62,541 nucleotides of DNA from an uncultured Acidimicrobiia bacterium (lineage in GTDB: Bacteria; Pseudomonadota; Alphaproteobacteria; Kiloniellales; J153), in contig CAXMQD010000251.1 in the NCBI GenBank assembly GCA_964194965.1, forward strand, positions 1-62,541, in the 5' to 3' direction. Positions 38,310 through 47,173 of the stretch are shown here, in pieces (the stretch's first letter is position 1; every line of letters starts with the position of its first letter). The notes beneath the pieces were generated by a model. It was not told the origin of the DNA, searched no databases, and saw nothing but the letters and a program-made list of their open reading frames with translations. A program made the position numbers and the translations under genes.

Positions 38310-40049
38310 TCAGAATATATCTGGTTCAGGGACCCGATTGCCAAAATCTGTCGTCAGGAAATCAAAATCGCAACCATCTTGGGCCTGGCCGATATGCTGC
38401 GAAAACATGAAACCGTAACCCCTTTCATATCGCGCGGGCGGTGGGACCAACTGTGCCCGGCGGTCGTTCAATTCCTGGTCACTCAGTTCCATCTGGATCA
38501 GGCGTTTCTCCACATCGACGATCACGATATCTCCGGTTCGGATCAGCGCCAAAGGTCCGCCGACGTAGGATTCGGGAGCTACATGCAAAACACAGGCGCC
38601 ATAACTGGTGCCGCTCATGCGGGAATCGGATATCCTCATCATGTCGCGCACGCCCTGCTTCACCAGCTTTTTCGGAATCGGCAACATGCCCCATTCGGGC
38701 ATGCCCGGCCCGCCTTCGGGGCCGGCGTTGCGCAGGATTAGGATCGTATCCGGCGTCGCGGCAAGGTCTTCATCGTCAATGGCTGCTTTCATGGTCGGGT
38801 AATCGTCAAACACCAGCGCCGGGCCGGAATGTTTGAGGAATCGTTTGTCGAGCGCCGACACTTTCATCACGCAGCCGTCGGGTGCAAGGTTACCTTTCAG
38901 CACGACCAATGCCCCAGACTCGTATATCGGATTGTCCAAGTTTCGGATGACGTCGTCATTATAGACTTTCGCATCCGCGAGATGCTCGCCAACCGGTTTG
39001 CCGCTGACCGTCAGACACGCTGTATCTAGATAAGATTCGATCCGCTTCAACATCGCCGGCAGGCCCCCAGCGTAGTAGAAATCTTCCATCAAGTAGGTGT
39101 CGCCGTTGGGGCGGATGTTGGCAATGACCGGGACCTCGCGCCCGATCCTGTCGAAATCGTCCAACCCGATATCGAACCCGGCGCGCCGGCCCATTGCGAC
39201 CAAATGGATAATGGCATTGGTCGAACAACCCATCGCCATGGCGGCGACGATGCTGTTTTCAAAAGACTTTCGAGTCAGGATATCGCTGGGCTTCAGGTCT
39301 TCCCACACCATTTCGACAATGCGCCGCCCGGTTCTGGCAGCCAATCTCTTGTGGTTGGAATCCGGCGCCGGGATGGAGGCACCGCCGGATAAGACAAGTC
39401 CCAGACTTTCGGCGATGGAGGTCATGGTGCTGGCCGTTCCCATGGTCATGCAATGGCCGTAGGATCGGGAAATACCTCGCTCTATTTCGGACCAGTCATC
39501 GTTGGTGATATTGCCCGCCCGAAGTTCATCCCAGTATTTCCACGTGTCCGATCCGCTGCCCAGCGGCGCCCCTTTCCAGTTGCCACGCAACATCGGCCCC
39601 GCTGGGAAAAAGATCGTCGGTACGTCCATGGAAATCGCGCCCATCAGCAATCCCGGCGTGGTTTTATCGCAGCCGCCCATGAGAACGGCGCCGTCGACCG
39701 GGTGAGAACGGATCAGTTCCTCACATTCCATCGCCAGGAGATTTCGATACAGCATGGTCGTCGGTTTGACGAAAGTTTCCGCCAACGAGATCGCGGGAAG
39801 TTCCAGGGGGAACCCTCCCGCCTGCAGAACGCCGCGCTTGATCGTATCGATGCGCTGTTTGAAATGCGCATGGCAGGGATTGAAATCGGACCAGGTGTTG
39901 ATGATGCCGATGACCGGCTTACCCATCCAGTCCTCCGCATCGTAGCCCATCTGCATGGCGCGCGAGCGATGCCCGAAGGCACGAATGTCTTCGGTTCCGA
40001 ACCAGCGTGCGCTACGCAGATCTTCGTATTTTCTACTTTTTGTTGTCAC
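38310..40049 (-). CDS. IlvD/Edd-family sugar-acid dehydratase
   Basis: Track ORF is 38310..40079 (TTG). The GTG at 40049 has GGAGG 5 nt upstream. Contains 'LRSARWFG', 'PVIGIINTWSDFNPCHAHF' and 'GGCDKTTPGLLMGA' (Fe-S cluster Cys). Confidence 0.9.
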   Translation of the reverse strand: MTTKSRKYEDLRSARWFGTEDIRAFGHRSRAMQMGYDAEDWMGKPVIGIINTWSDFNPCHAHFKQRIDTIKRGVLQAGGFPLELPAISLAETFVKPTTMLYRNLLAMECEELIRSHPVDGAVLMGGCDKTTPGLLMGAISMDVPTIFFPAGPMLRGNWKGAPLGSGSDTWKYWDELRAGNITNDDWSEIERGISRSYGHCMTMGTASTMTSIAESLGLVLSGGASIPAPDSNHKRLAARTGRRIVEMVWEDLKPSDILTRKSFENSIVAAMAMGCSTNAIIHLVAMGRRAGFDIGLDDFDRIGREVPVIANIRPNGDTYLMEDFYYAGGLPAMLKRIESYLDTACLTVSGKPVGEHLADAKVYNDDVIRNLDNPIYESGALVVLKGNLAPDGCVMKVSALDKRFLKHSGPALVFDDYPTMKAAIDDEDLAATPDTILILRNAGPEGGPGMPEWGMLPIPKKLVKQGVRDMMRISDSRMSGTSYGACVLHVAPESYVGGPLALIRTGDIVIVDVEKRLIQMELSDQELNDRRAQLVPPPARYERGYGFMFSQHIGQAQDGCDFDFLTTDFGNRVPEPDIF

Positions 40050-40593
40050 TGTTGCCTCCGGTGTCGATAGCTGGTCCAATTTTCTCGGTTGCGGATCGAG
40101 GTTCGGGTGAACGCGCCAGGCGGTAAAAATTTCTTCGCCACCTACGAATGTGATCCTTCAACAGGGGTGGCCTCGGTCCCATGGGCTCACCCCGCACGAC
40201 ATTTGCATTCTGCGGGCCGAGTAGAAATCCGTGATTTTCGAAGCGGAAAGGCTAGAGAACTTGGCTGCTTAGAACATATGAACCGGCGACTCGTGGGTCA
40301 ATGTGCCAAAACACCCTGTTTTCCCTGCTTAGCAGGAATTTCGGGGGAGCCGGCTTCGTCCCGTACCGTGGCGCTGGTTCGATCGTCTCTCGCCACCAGC
40401 CACACCGGTTTAATGGGTCGAAAAAATTACAGCTTTGATTTGGATCAATCAGGCTAGGCCCGGACCCGCGCTAGGGGAGTGGGATGGCCGTCAGGTTGGG
40501 ATTGACGGTTTCGCGGCAAATTCACGCCCGTCTTTTCGCGATCCGAATATCTTCGGGCGCTCGGTGCATCGCGCCAGACCGTCGGCGAAGGAC

Positions 40594-41496
40594 TCATCTT
40601 GTCCTGATGGTTTGACGTGCTCCGTTGGGCGGCCGCGTGGTCGGGCCCGCGAGCGGCGGTATCATAGGACCGGTCAACGGCGGTATCATAGGACCGGTCA
40701 ATGGCGGCACCATGGGTCCGATCAGCGGCGGCAGGATGCGGTCGCGCGGCCGCGGCGCCACGTTGTGCCGGCGGGTCAGGACCGCACCGCGCAACCCTTG
40801 CGCCACGCCCCAGGGCCCCGCGCTGCGGACCGTGACGTGGTTGAAGGGAGCCGACGTCTCCGCCTCGGCGACTAGCGCGCCGGCGCGGCGCAGCGAGACC
40901 CGGAGGCGGCCGCGGAAATCCTGCTTCCCGACCCGGCACAGGATCGCCGTGGCGGGAAACTCGATCGCGGTCCGCAGTAGCCCGGCGATCTTCCGGCGCC
41001 GGGACCGTCCGTCCGTCCCGATCAGATCGCAATGGCCGGCGTATTTGAGCGCCGTCGAGCCGGTCAAGACCAGCCGGAACACCTCGGGCGGCTCGGCGGT
41101 GGCGGGCGGGGCCGGGAGGGGCGCCGGGTCGGGCCGCGCCGCCCCGGGGCCGCGGATAACCTCCGGCAGGTCCAACCCGGCGCTTTCGGGCTCCCGCCTA
41201 GCGGCCAGATCCTGGTGGATCCAACCGACCTTGCCGACCGCGCCGAAGACCCCGACCCGGATCCAGGTGCCCCCGCGCTCGAACTCGATCAGCTTGCGCC
41301 CGGCCTCGAGCCGCAGAATCTCCGGCGCGGCGTCCTCCGGCGCCGCCCGCAGGGACGCCGCTTCGGCCTCGACGAAGAGGATGTCGCCGGGGGTCGCGGG
41401 CGCGGCCCCGGCGCCCAGGGCCGTCAACGCCAGCGTCAGGGCTGCCATGGCACACCGTCTGGTTAACGCCCGCCGGATTAGGTGTCGCGACATCAT
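40594..41496 (-). CDS. Secreted hypothetical protein with SH3b-like segment and C-terminal PPLxGPMx repeats
   Basis: Track ORF is 40594..41643. I prefer MM at 41496/41493, which gives the signal peptide 'MMSRHLIRRALTRRCAMAALTLALTALGAGA'. 'ASLRAAPEDAAPEILRLEAGRKLIEFERGGTWIRVGV...GWIH' looks SH3b-like. The SD is weak and competing frames are open. Confidence 0.5.
   Translation of the reverse strand: MMSRHLIRRALTRRCAMAALTLALTALGAGAAPATPGDILFVEAEAASLRAAPEDAAPEILRLEAGRKLIEFERGGTWIRVGVFGAVGKVGWIHQDLAARREPESAGLDLPEVIRGPGAARPDPAPLPAPPATAEPPEVFRLVLTGSTALKYAGHCDLIGTDGRSRRRKIAGLLRTAIEFPATAILCRVGKQDFRGRLRVSLRRAGALVAEAETSAPFNHVTVRSAGPWGVAQGLRGAVLTRRHNVAPRPRDRILPPLIGPMVPPLTGPMIPPLTGPMIPPLAGPTTRPPNGARQTIRTR
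40655..40726. repeat. 24-bp tandem repeat x3 (two near-identical copies, one diverged; degenerate flanks at 40643-40750)
   Basis: The copies are ggcggtatcataggaccggtcaac, ggcggtatcataggaccggtcaat and ggcggcaccatgggtccgatcagc. On the minus strand they encode 'PPLIGPMVPPLTGPMIPPLTGPMIPPLAGP'. Confidence 0.8.
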
Positions 41497-41685
41497 GAGA
41501 AGTCCGGAATGCCGTAGGTCAAGCAACACATCATAGCCCGAGAATAGCGAAGCCGGGCAATCATCGAATGACCGCTGGCCATTGTCACGTAATCTGGACT
41601 GGCCGGCAGGCGGGATGGATTTTAAACTGGTTCGATGCGCCACGGGCCTTGAAAACCAAATTATTCAACGGGAGGAATTAACACC

Positions 41686-42696
41686 ATGAAGCCATTGAAA
41701 TGGGGGGTCGTGAGTACCGCCAAGATCGGTCTCGAGAAAGTGCTCCCGGCCATGGCGGCGAGCCCGGATTGCGAGATCGTGGCGATCGCGTCCCGGGACC
41801 GGGCGCGGGCCGAGGCGGCGGCTCGGAAGCTGGGCATCCCCAAGGCGCATGGCAGCTACGAGGTCCTGTTCGCCGATGCGGAGGTGGAGGCCGTTTACAA
41901 CCCCTTGCCCAATCACCGGCATGTGCCTGTCTCGATCCAGGCGATCGAGGCCGGCAAACATGTGCTCTGCGAAAAGCCGCTCGGCATGACCGCCGGCGAG
42001 CTGGCGCCCCTGATCGCGGCGCGGGACCGGGCTGGCGTCATCGTCGCCGAGGCTTTCATGGTACGCCACCATCCGCAGTGGATTCGCGCCCGGACCCTCA
42101 TCCGCGAGGGCGCCATCGGCGAGCTTCGAGCGGTTCAGGCCGCGTTTTCCTATTTCAACGACGACGCCGGCAACATCCGCAACCAGACGGAGACGGGCGG
42201 CGGCGCGCTCTATGACATTGGTGTCTATCCCATCGTCACCGCGCGTTACCTGTTTGGCGCCGAGCCCCGGCGGGTCCTAGGGCTGATCGAGCGGGACCCG
42301 GCCTTCGGCACCGACCGCCTGACCACCGGGGTCCTGGATTTCGAGGCCGGCCAGGCCAGCTTCGTGTGCTCGACCCAGATGGCGCCGTATCAGCGGGTCC
42401 AGGTCTTCGGCACCCGGGGGCGGATCGAAATCGAAATTCCCTTCAACGCGCCCCCGGACCGGCCGTGCCGGCTATATGTCGACAACGGTGGTGCCCTGGA
42501 CGGATCGTCGGCCCGGACCGAAACCTTCGAAACTTGCGATCAGTACCGCCTGCAGGGCGAGGCCTTCGCCCGCTGGGTCCGCGACGGCGAGGCCGTCGAA
42601 TTCTCGCTCGAGGACTCGGTTGACAACATGAACGTAATCGACGCCTTGTTCGAATCGGCACGCGATCGCCGCTGGATCGATATCCGGAGAGGCTAG
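41686..42696 (+). CDS. Gfo/Idh/MocA-family NAD(P)-dependent oxidoreductase
   Basis: 336 aa. Contains 'KWGVVSTAKIGLEKVLPAM' and 'HVLCEKPLGMT' (EKP motif). GGGAGGA lies upstream. Confidence 0.9.
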   Translation: MKPLKWGVVSTAKIGLEKVLPAMAASPDCEIVAIASRDRARAEAAARKLGIPKAHGSYEVLFADAEVEAVYNPLPNHRHVPVSIQAIEAGKHVLCEKPLGMTAGELAPLIAARDRAGVIVAEAFMVRHHPQWIRARTLIREGAIGELRAVQAAFSYFNDDAGNIRNQTETGGGALYDIGVYPIVTARYLFGAEPRRVLGLIERDPAFGTDRLTTGVLDFEAGQASFVCSTQMAPYQRVQVFGTRGRIEIEIPFNAPPDRPCRLYVDNGGALDGSSARTETFETCDQYRLQGEAFARWVRDGEAVEFSLEDSVDNMNVIDALFESARDRRWIDIRRG

Positions 42697-42705
42697 GAGA
42701 GAGCG

Positions 42706-43503
42706 GTGGCGGATGACACCAGAGTGAGAGACGCGGCCGAATACTATTTCACTGCGCATAAGTCGCGTGCGTCATACGGCATTCTGCCCGACGTGGCGCA
42801 GCCCAAAAGTCTCGAAGAAGCCTATGCGGTTCAGGAAGCGTTCCAAGCTTTGCTCAGGGAACAGGGTCGTGGCGCGATCGTCGGCTACAAGCTCGGGATT
42901 ACTTCTCGGATCATGCAGGACCTGATGGGCATCGATCAGCCCTGTTTGGGCGGCATCTTCGAGACCACGATCCATCGCTCGCCCGCCACCGTGCGCGCCG
43001 CGGATTTCGTGAGCCTCGGCATCGAGTGCGAAATTGCGGTGCGGCTTGGCGCCGATCTCGGACCCAGGGGTGCCCCCTACGACAGGGACGGCGTCGCGGC
43101 GGCCGTGGCCGCCTGCGCTCCGGCGATAGAGCTTATCGAGGACCGCGCCGCCGACTATACGACGGTGATGGCGCTTCCCCTGATCGCGGAGAATTCTTGG
43201 AACGGCGGCATCGTATTGGGGCGGGAAGTCGCGGACTGGAGGGCGCTCGATTTTGAGAATCTGCGCGGCGATATGGCGATCAACGGCCAAACGGTCGGCG
43301 AAGGCCATGGGCGGGATGTCATGGGCCACCCCTTCGAGGCTCTAGCCTGGCTCGCCAACGCGCTGATCGCGCGTGGCAAACATCTCCACGAAGGCATGGT
43401 GGTGATGACCGGCAGCATCGTCGCGACCAAGCGCCCGAAACCGGGCGACAAGATCGCGGTATCGGTCGAGGGTTTGGGGACCGCGGCCATGACAGTGGTC
43501 TAA
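42706..43503 (+). CDS. 2-keto-4-pentenoate hydratase-like (MhpD/FAH-fold hydratase/decarboxylase family)
   Basis: 265 aa, GTG start. Contains 'EEAYAVQEAFQALL...IVGYKLGITS' and 'GIECEIAVRLG', typical of the family. Confidence 0.75.
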   Translation: MADDTRVRDAAEYYFTAHKSRASYGILPDVAQPKSLEEAYAVQEAFQALLREQGRGAIVGYKLGITSRIMQDLMGIDQPCLGGIFETTIHRSPATVRAADFVSLGIECEIAVRLGADLGPRGAPYDRDGVAAAVAACAPAIELIEDRAADYTTVMALPLIAENSWNGGIVLGREVADWRALDFENLRGDMAINGQTVGEGHGRDVMGHPFEALAWLANALIARGKHLHEGMVVMTGSIVATKRPKPGDKIAVSVEGLGTAAMTVV

Positions 43504-43692
43504 GATCAAGTCTCGCCAATACCGGCCGGGATGCGGCCAGGGCGCCGCCGTGCCCGAGAGGGACGGTGGCCCCGAGGACGCCCACCGACGTCAGGAATGC
43601 GCGACGACTCCAGTCCCGCTTGGTTCGCTTCATCACGGGTCCCCGAATTACCGGGCGTCTCTACCAGTCAATATCTCGGATCCTTGGCATCA

Positions 43693-45369
43693 TTACCGGG
43701 GCCACTCCTCTTCGGCCGCCGCCCACCAGTGGCGCCAGGCCGGGATGTCGTAGCCGAAACGTTTTCCGGTCACTGCGCTAAGCGCGCCGATGATGTCGCC
43801 CCGGAGCCACGTGGGATCCGCGTCCCGGTCCAGGCGGCGGATCAGGCTCGCCACCGTCGCGGCGTCGCTTTGACCGGCCCAGCTCACCGCGAACAGGGCC
43901 ATGGGCAGGGAATCGAACCACTTCTGCGGCCTATTCGAGGCCCGAGTCCAGGGCCGTTCCAGTAGTGCGCCAGGCACCCTTCCCCGGCCGGCGACACCCA
44001 TTCCCCACAGCAGAATATGGCGGCCGAGATCGACGGCCCTTGGCGTCAAATTGCCGCCGAACATGGCCACCGTTTGGTCCGGAAACGGCGCGTCCAGTGC
44101 GGTTTCGAAGAATTCGGGTGGCGGTCCGGCGCGGGCCCATCGGTATGCTAGGTCGCGCAACCGGGTGCGGTAGGCATCGGGTTTGGAAATGGCTTCGCTA
44201 ATCGTCTTCTTGGCCGCGGCCCAGTCGACGTCCTGGGGGGCCGGTCGCGATGGCCAGGCCGGCGGCGGACCCGGCGGCGGGCCCGGCGGCGGGAGTAGGG
44301 ACGAAGCGGCGGGCGGGCCCCACAAGATGCCGCGCCCATCCGAACCGGACCCGCTCACAAAGACTCGCCCCCGATAGACCGCGACATCGACGGGCCGCCC
44401 GCCCGCGAGGTCCTGCACCCGGCGCCACCGGCGGCCGTCCTTGCTGTGCCACAGGGCGCCTCCGGCAGCGATGGAATTCGCGGCGTCGCCGACGCCCCAA
44501 AACCCATCGGCGCCGGCGGCGAAGGCCCGTAGCGGTGGCATCGTTTCGGCGCCGGCGAGGCGCTTGCTGACGCGCCCGTCCGTATGCCAAAAAGCCGCGC
44601 CGCCGGCCTCGCGAACCAGCCCGTAGACGCCGTCCTCGGCGGCAACCAGGTCGAGCGTCCTCGCCGTCTCGGGCCAGCCCGGGACCTCGGTCACGGCGCC
44701 GCCGTCGAGAACCAGTAATGCGAACCGCGGCGCGCCGTTGCGGCGCTCGACAAGAGCGCCGAACAGGCGCCCGCCGAAGCCTGCCAATGCGATGATGCGG
44801 GAGACTTGCCGCGCTGGTGTTGGATGGTCGTAAATCTGCCGCCAGCGCAGGCCGCCGTCGGTCGATTGGTGGAGCCCCGTCCGCCAGGCCGATGTCGCCG
44901 CGTAAAGGCGCCCGCCCAGGCTTTCCAGGGCGTGGACGTGAAACATCGGCGGGTCGCCGGGCATCACCCGCAATTGCCATCGGTCCCCGTCGGTGACCGC
45001 GATATGGCCCCAGCCGACGGATGGGCGCGGGTCCTCGTAGGGCCAGTAAAGCAGCCCGCCGGCGGTCATGGGCGTGCCCACGTCCTGGGTGAACAGGTGG
45101 CGCTCGAACCGAACATCGCCGGCCGCGAGACCGAGGCTGTAGAGGTCGGCCGAATTGTGATCGGGATAACGAACGCTGTTGGCGAACCACAACCGCCCCC
45201 GGTAGCCGATCAGTGCGGACAGGGTCGGCCAAGGACCGACGGCCGCCAGGACTTCCAAGACGGGCGCCGTGCCGCTCGGCGGTGGTGCGGCGGAGCCGGC
45301 GAGTCCGCGCCCGTTGGCCAATGAAAGCAGGACGACGGCGGCAACCAGCAATCGGCGGGTGTATTTCAT
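43693..45369 (-). CDS. Secreted Asp-box (BNR) beta-propeller-like protein with Pro-rich linker and helical C-terminal domain
   Basis: Only the part of track ORF 43693..45909 from the ATG at 45369 is plausible. Signal peptide 'MKYTRRLLVAAVVLLSLANG'. Asp-boxes 'STDGGLRW' and 'SKDGRRW'. Linker 'PPPGPPPGPPP'. The ATG overlaps the TGA of the upstream SUMF1-like gene. Confidence 0.65.
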   Translation of the reverse strand: MKYTRRLLVAAVVLLSLANGRGLAGSAAPPPSGTAPVLEVLAAVGPWPTLSALIGYRGRLWFANSVRYPDHNSADLYSLGLAAGDVRFERHLFTQDVGTPMTAGGLLYWPYEDPRPSVGWGHIAVTDGDRWQLRVMPGDPPMFHVHALESLGGRLYAATSAWRTGLHQSTDGGLRWRQIYDHPTPARQVSRIIALAGFGGRLFGALVERRNGAPRFALLVLDGGAVTEVPGWPETARTLDLVAAEDGVYGLVREAGGAAFWHTDGRVSKRLAGAETMPPLRAFAAGADGFWGVGDAANSIAAGGALWHSKDGRRWRRVQDLAGGRPVDVAVYRGRVFVSGSGSDGRGILWGPPAASSLLPPPGPPPGPPPAWPSRPAPQDVDWAAAKKTISEAISKPDAYRTRLRDLAYRWARAGPPPEFFETALDAPFPDQTVAMFGGNLTPRAVDLGRHILLWGMGVAGRGRVPGALLERPWTRASNRPQKWFDSLPMALFAVSWAGQSDAATVASLIRRLDRDADPTWLRGDIIGALSAVTGKRFGYDIPAWRHWWAAAEEEWPR

Positions 45370-46226
45370 GGTTTTGGGTCTCCGGCGCAGCGGAAACCGA
45401 CCATGTCGAGTCCGATGTTGGGCGGGTTGCCGTGACGGTAGGCGGTGCGCAGGCCGTAGGGATTGTTGCCCCACCCGCCGCCGCGCAGCACCACCCATTC
45501 CGGTCGCCCGGGGAACCGGCCCGCCGTCCACTCCCAGACATTGCCCGCCATATCGAGAATTCCGAACGGCGAGGCGCCGCGCGAATATCCGCCGACCGGA
45601 GCGGTGCGCCGGTAACCGTCGGCGGCATCGGGGGCGCAGCACGCCACGGTCCCGAAATTGGCCCGCCGCTCGGTCTCGGTGCCGGGTGGACTCATGCCCC
45701 AGGGGTAGCGGCGGTTTTCCGCGCCCCGGGCGGCGAACTCCCACTCGGCCTCGCTCGGCAGCCTGAGTCCGTGCCAGGCGCAGAACGCGGCCGCGTCGCG
45801 GGCCGAGACCTGGACGACGGGATGGTCCCTGATTCCGTCGATCGAACTGCCGGTGCCGTTGGGGTAGCGCCAGGCGGCGCCCGGCACCCGCTCCCAGGTT
45901 CGGTCCCAAACATAACCGTAACCGCTTTTCTCGGCATCCGTGCGGTGGCCGGTGGCGGCAACAAACACGGAGAACTGGTGGTTGGTGACTTCCAGGCGCA
46001 TGAGCGAAAATGCCCCGACGTTCGCCGGTTTCGGTGTCTCGTTGGCGTCGCCCTCAGCATCGCCCATGACGAAAGACCCACCCGGAATCGGCGCCATGCC
46101 AGGCGCCGGAACCGGATCGGAGATACCCGTGTGGGCCGCACTCCGCGGGTTCCATGCGTGCAGGGGACCCAGCGCGACGAGGGCACAGGCAGCCAGAAAT
46201 AAAAGACCGCGCTTCATCCGCCGCAT
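45366..46226 (-). CDS. SUMF1/FGE-domain protein, secreted (possible lipoprotein), lacking the FGE catalytic Cys pair
   Basis: 286 aa. 'MRRMKRGLLFLAACALVAL' has a lipobox-like LAAC. Contains 'RLPSEAEWEFAARG' and 'DMAGNVWEWT'. The C-terminus reads 'LRGGGWGNNPYGLRTAYRHGNPPNIGLDMVGFRCAGD', where true FGEs have 'GGSYxCHxSYCxRYR'. Confidence 0.8.
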   Translation of the reverse strand: MRRMKRGLLFLAACALVALGPLHAWNPRSAAHTGISDPVPAPGMAPIPGGSFVMGDAEGDANETPKPANVGAFSLMRLEVTNHQFSVFVAATGHRTDAEKSGYGYVWDRTWERVPGAAWRYPNGTGSSIDGIRDHPVVQVSARDAAAFCAWHGLRLPSEAEWEFAARGAENRRYPWGMSPPGTETERRANFGTVACCAPDAADGYRRTAPVGGYSRGASPFGILDMAGNVWEWTAGRFPGRPEWVVLRGGGWGNNPYGLRTAYRHGNPPNIGLDMVGFRCAGDPKP

Positions 46227-46378
46227 TCTATTTGCAATCGCGAACGCCTGGCCATCACGTTGTCGGCCGGACCCGCAATTTCGCGTGAGTTCAGCGGTTT
46301 CGCGGCGAAGAGCGGCGGGTCTCGTGGTCCGGATGCGGTTTTCGGTCGGGACAGGTCACGACTTTTGGCCGTTCCGGG

Positions 46379-47170
46379 TTAGTAAACGCCCGCCGTGGCG
46401 CCGCCGTCGATGGAGATGGCGACGCCCTGGACGTGCCGCGCTTCCGCGGAGCAGAGGTACGTGACGAGAGCGGCAACGTCTTCCGGCTGCCCCAAGCGGC
46501 GAATGCCTTCCGCCTTCACTTTGCGGGCCTCGACCTCGGCCAGCGTTTCGCCGCTGCGCTGCGCCTCGGTCTGGAGAATCTCGGTCAGGCGCTCGGTCAC
46601 GGTCATGCCGGGGTGGATCGCGTTGACGTTCACGTCGTCGCGCTTGCCCAGCCCGGCCAGCGCCTTGGTAAAATTCGCCAGGGCTGCGTTGACGGCGCCG
46701 CCGATCATGAAATCCGGGTCCGGTGATCGTGCGAAGCCGCCGACGATATTGACCACCGACCCCTTGTTTTCGGCCAGGGATGGCCAGAACTCGCGGGTGA
46801 GGCGGACGGCGGCGCTGAACTTCAACGCAAAGCCGTCCTCCCACACCGCGTCCTCGAGTTCCATGAAAAGCCCGCCCTTGGTGGCACCGGCGCAATGGAC
46901 GAAAATATCGACACCGCCCAGCGCTTCCCGCGCCTGTTTCGCCGCCGCCACGCAGACCTCGAAACCGCGCAGATCGCCAGCGACAACCTCGGCCCGGCGG
47001 CCCAGCGCGGTGATTTCGCCGGCGACCGCGCCCAGTGTGCCGGCCGATCGCGCCAGCAGTGCCAGATCCGCGCCTTCGCGGGCCAGGCGCAGCGCCACCG
47101 CCTTGCCGATGCCCTTGCTGGCGCCGCTGACGACGGCGCGTTTTCCCGCAAACCTCTCCGGCATAACCAC
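46379..47170 (-). CDS. Short-chain dehydrogenase/reductase (SDR)
   Basis: 263 aa. 'GKRAVVSGASKGIGKAVA' is the TGxxxGxG-type motif. Contains 'NAIHPGMT'. Starts 3 nt after the hydratase stop. Confidence 0.85.
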   Translation of the reverse strand: MVMPERFAGKRAVVSGASKGIGKAVALRLAREGADLALLARSAGTLGAVAGEITALGRRAEVVAGDLRGFEVCVAAAKQAREALGGVDIFVHCAGATKGGLFMELEDAVWEDGFALKFSAAVRLTREFWPSLAENKGSVVNIVGGFARSPDPDFMIGGAVNAALANFTKALAGLGKRDDVNVNAIHPGMTVTERLTEILQTEAQRSGETLAEVEARKVKAEGIRRLGQPEDVAALVTYLCSAEARHVQGVAISIDGGATAGVY

Positions 47171-47173
47171 TCC

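Noticed and set aside
40320-40400. tRNA-like 3' end (GGTTCGATC ... GCCACCA) in the 500-bp gap between the IlvD/Edd gene and the SH3b-like gene
   Set aside because: The five bases either side of the TTCGATC loop are not complementary (gctgg / gtctc). No 5' acceptor strand complementary to tctcgcc lies about 70 nt upstream. At most this is a degenerate fragment.
40089-40875. ORFs 40089..40457 (+) and 40435..40875 (+)
   Set aside because: There are no motifs and no SD. The first lies in a promoter-type intergenic region, and the second is antisense to the repeat-containing minus-strand ORF. Its repeats would read as GGIIGPVN units, less typical than the Pro-rich minus-strand reading, but this remains uncertain.
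44198-46202. ORFs 44198..45628 (-) and 45213..46202 (+)
   Set aside because: They overlap the Asp-box propeller and SUMF1-like genes and have low-complexity Arg/Pro composition. The chosen frames have signal peptides, Asp-boxes and SUMF1 motifs.
45366-46226. Calling the SUMF1-domain gene the formylglycine-generating enzyme for the seven sulfatases
   Set aside because: It has a secretion signal while the sulfatases appear cytoplasmic. It also lacks both catalytic cysteines at the position of the GGSYxCHxSYCxRYR motif.
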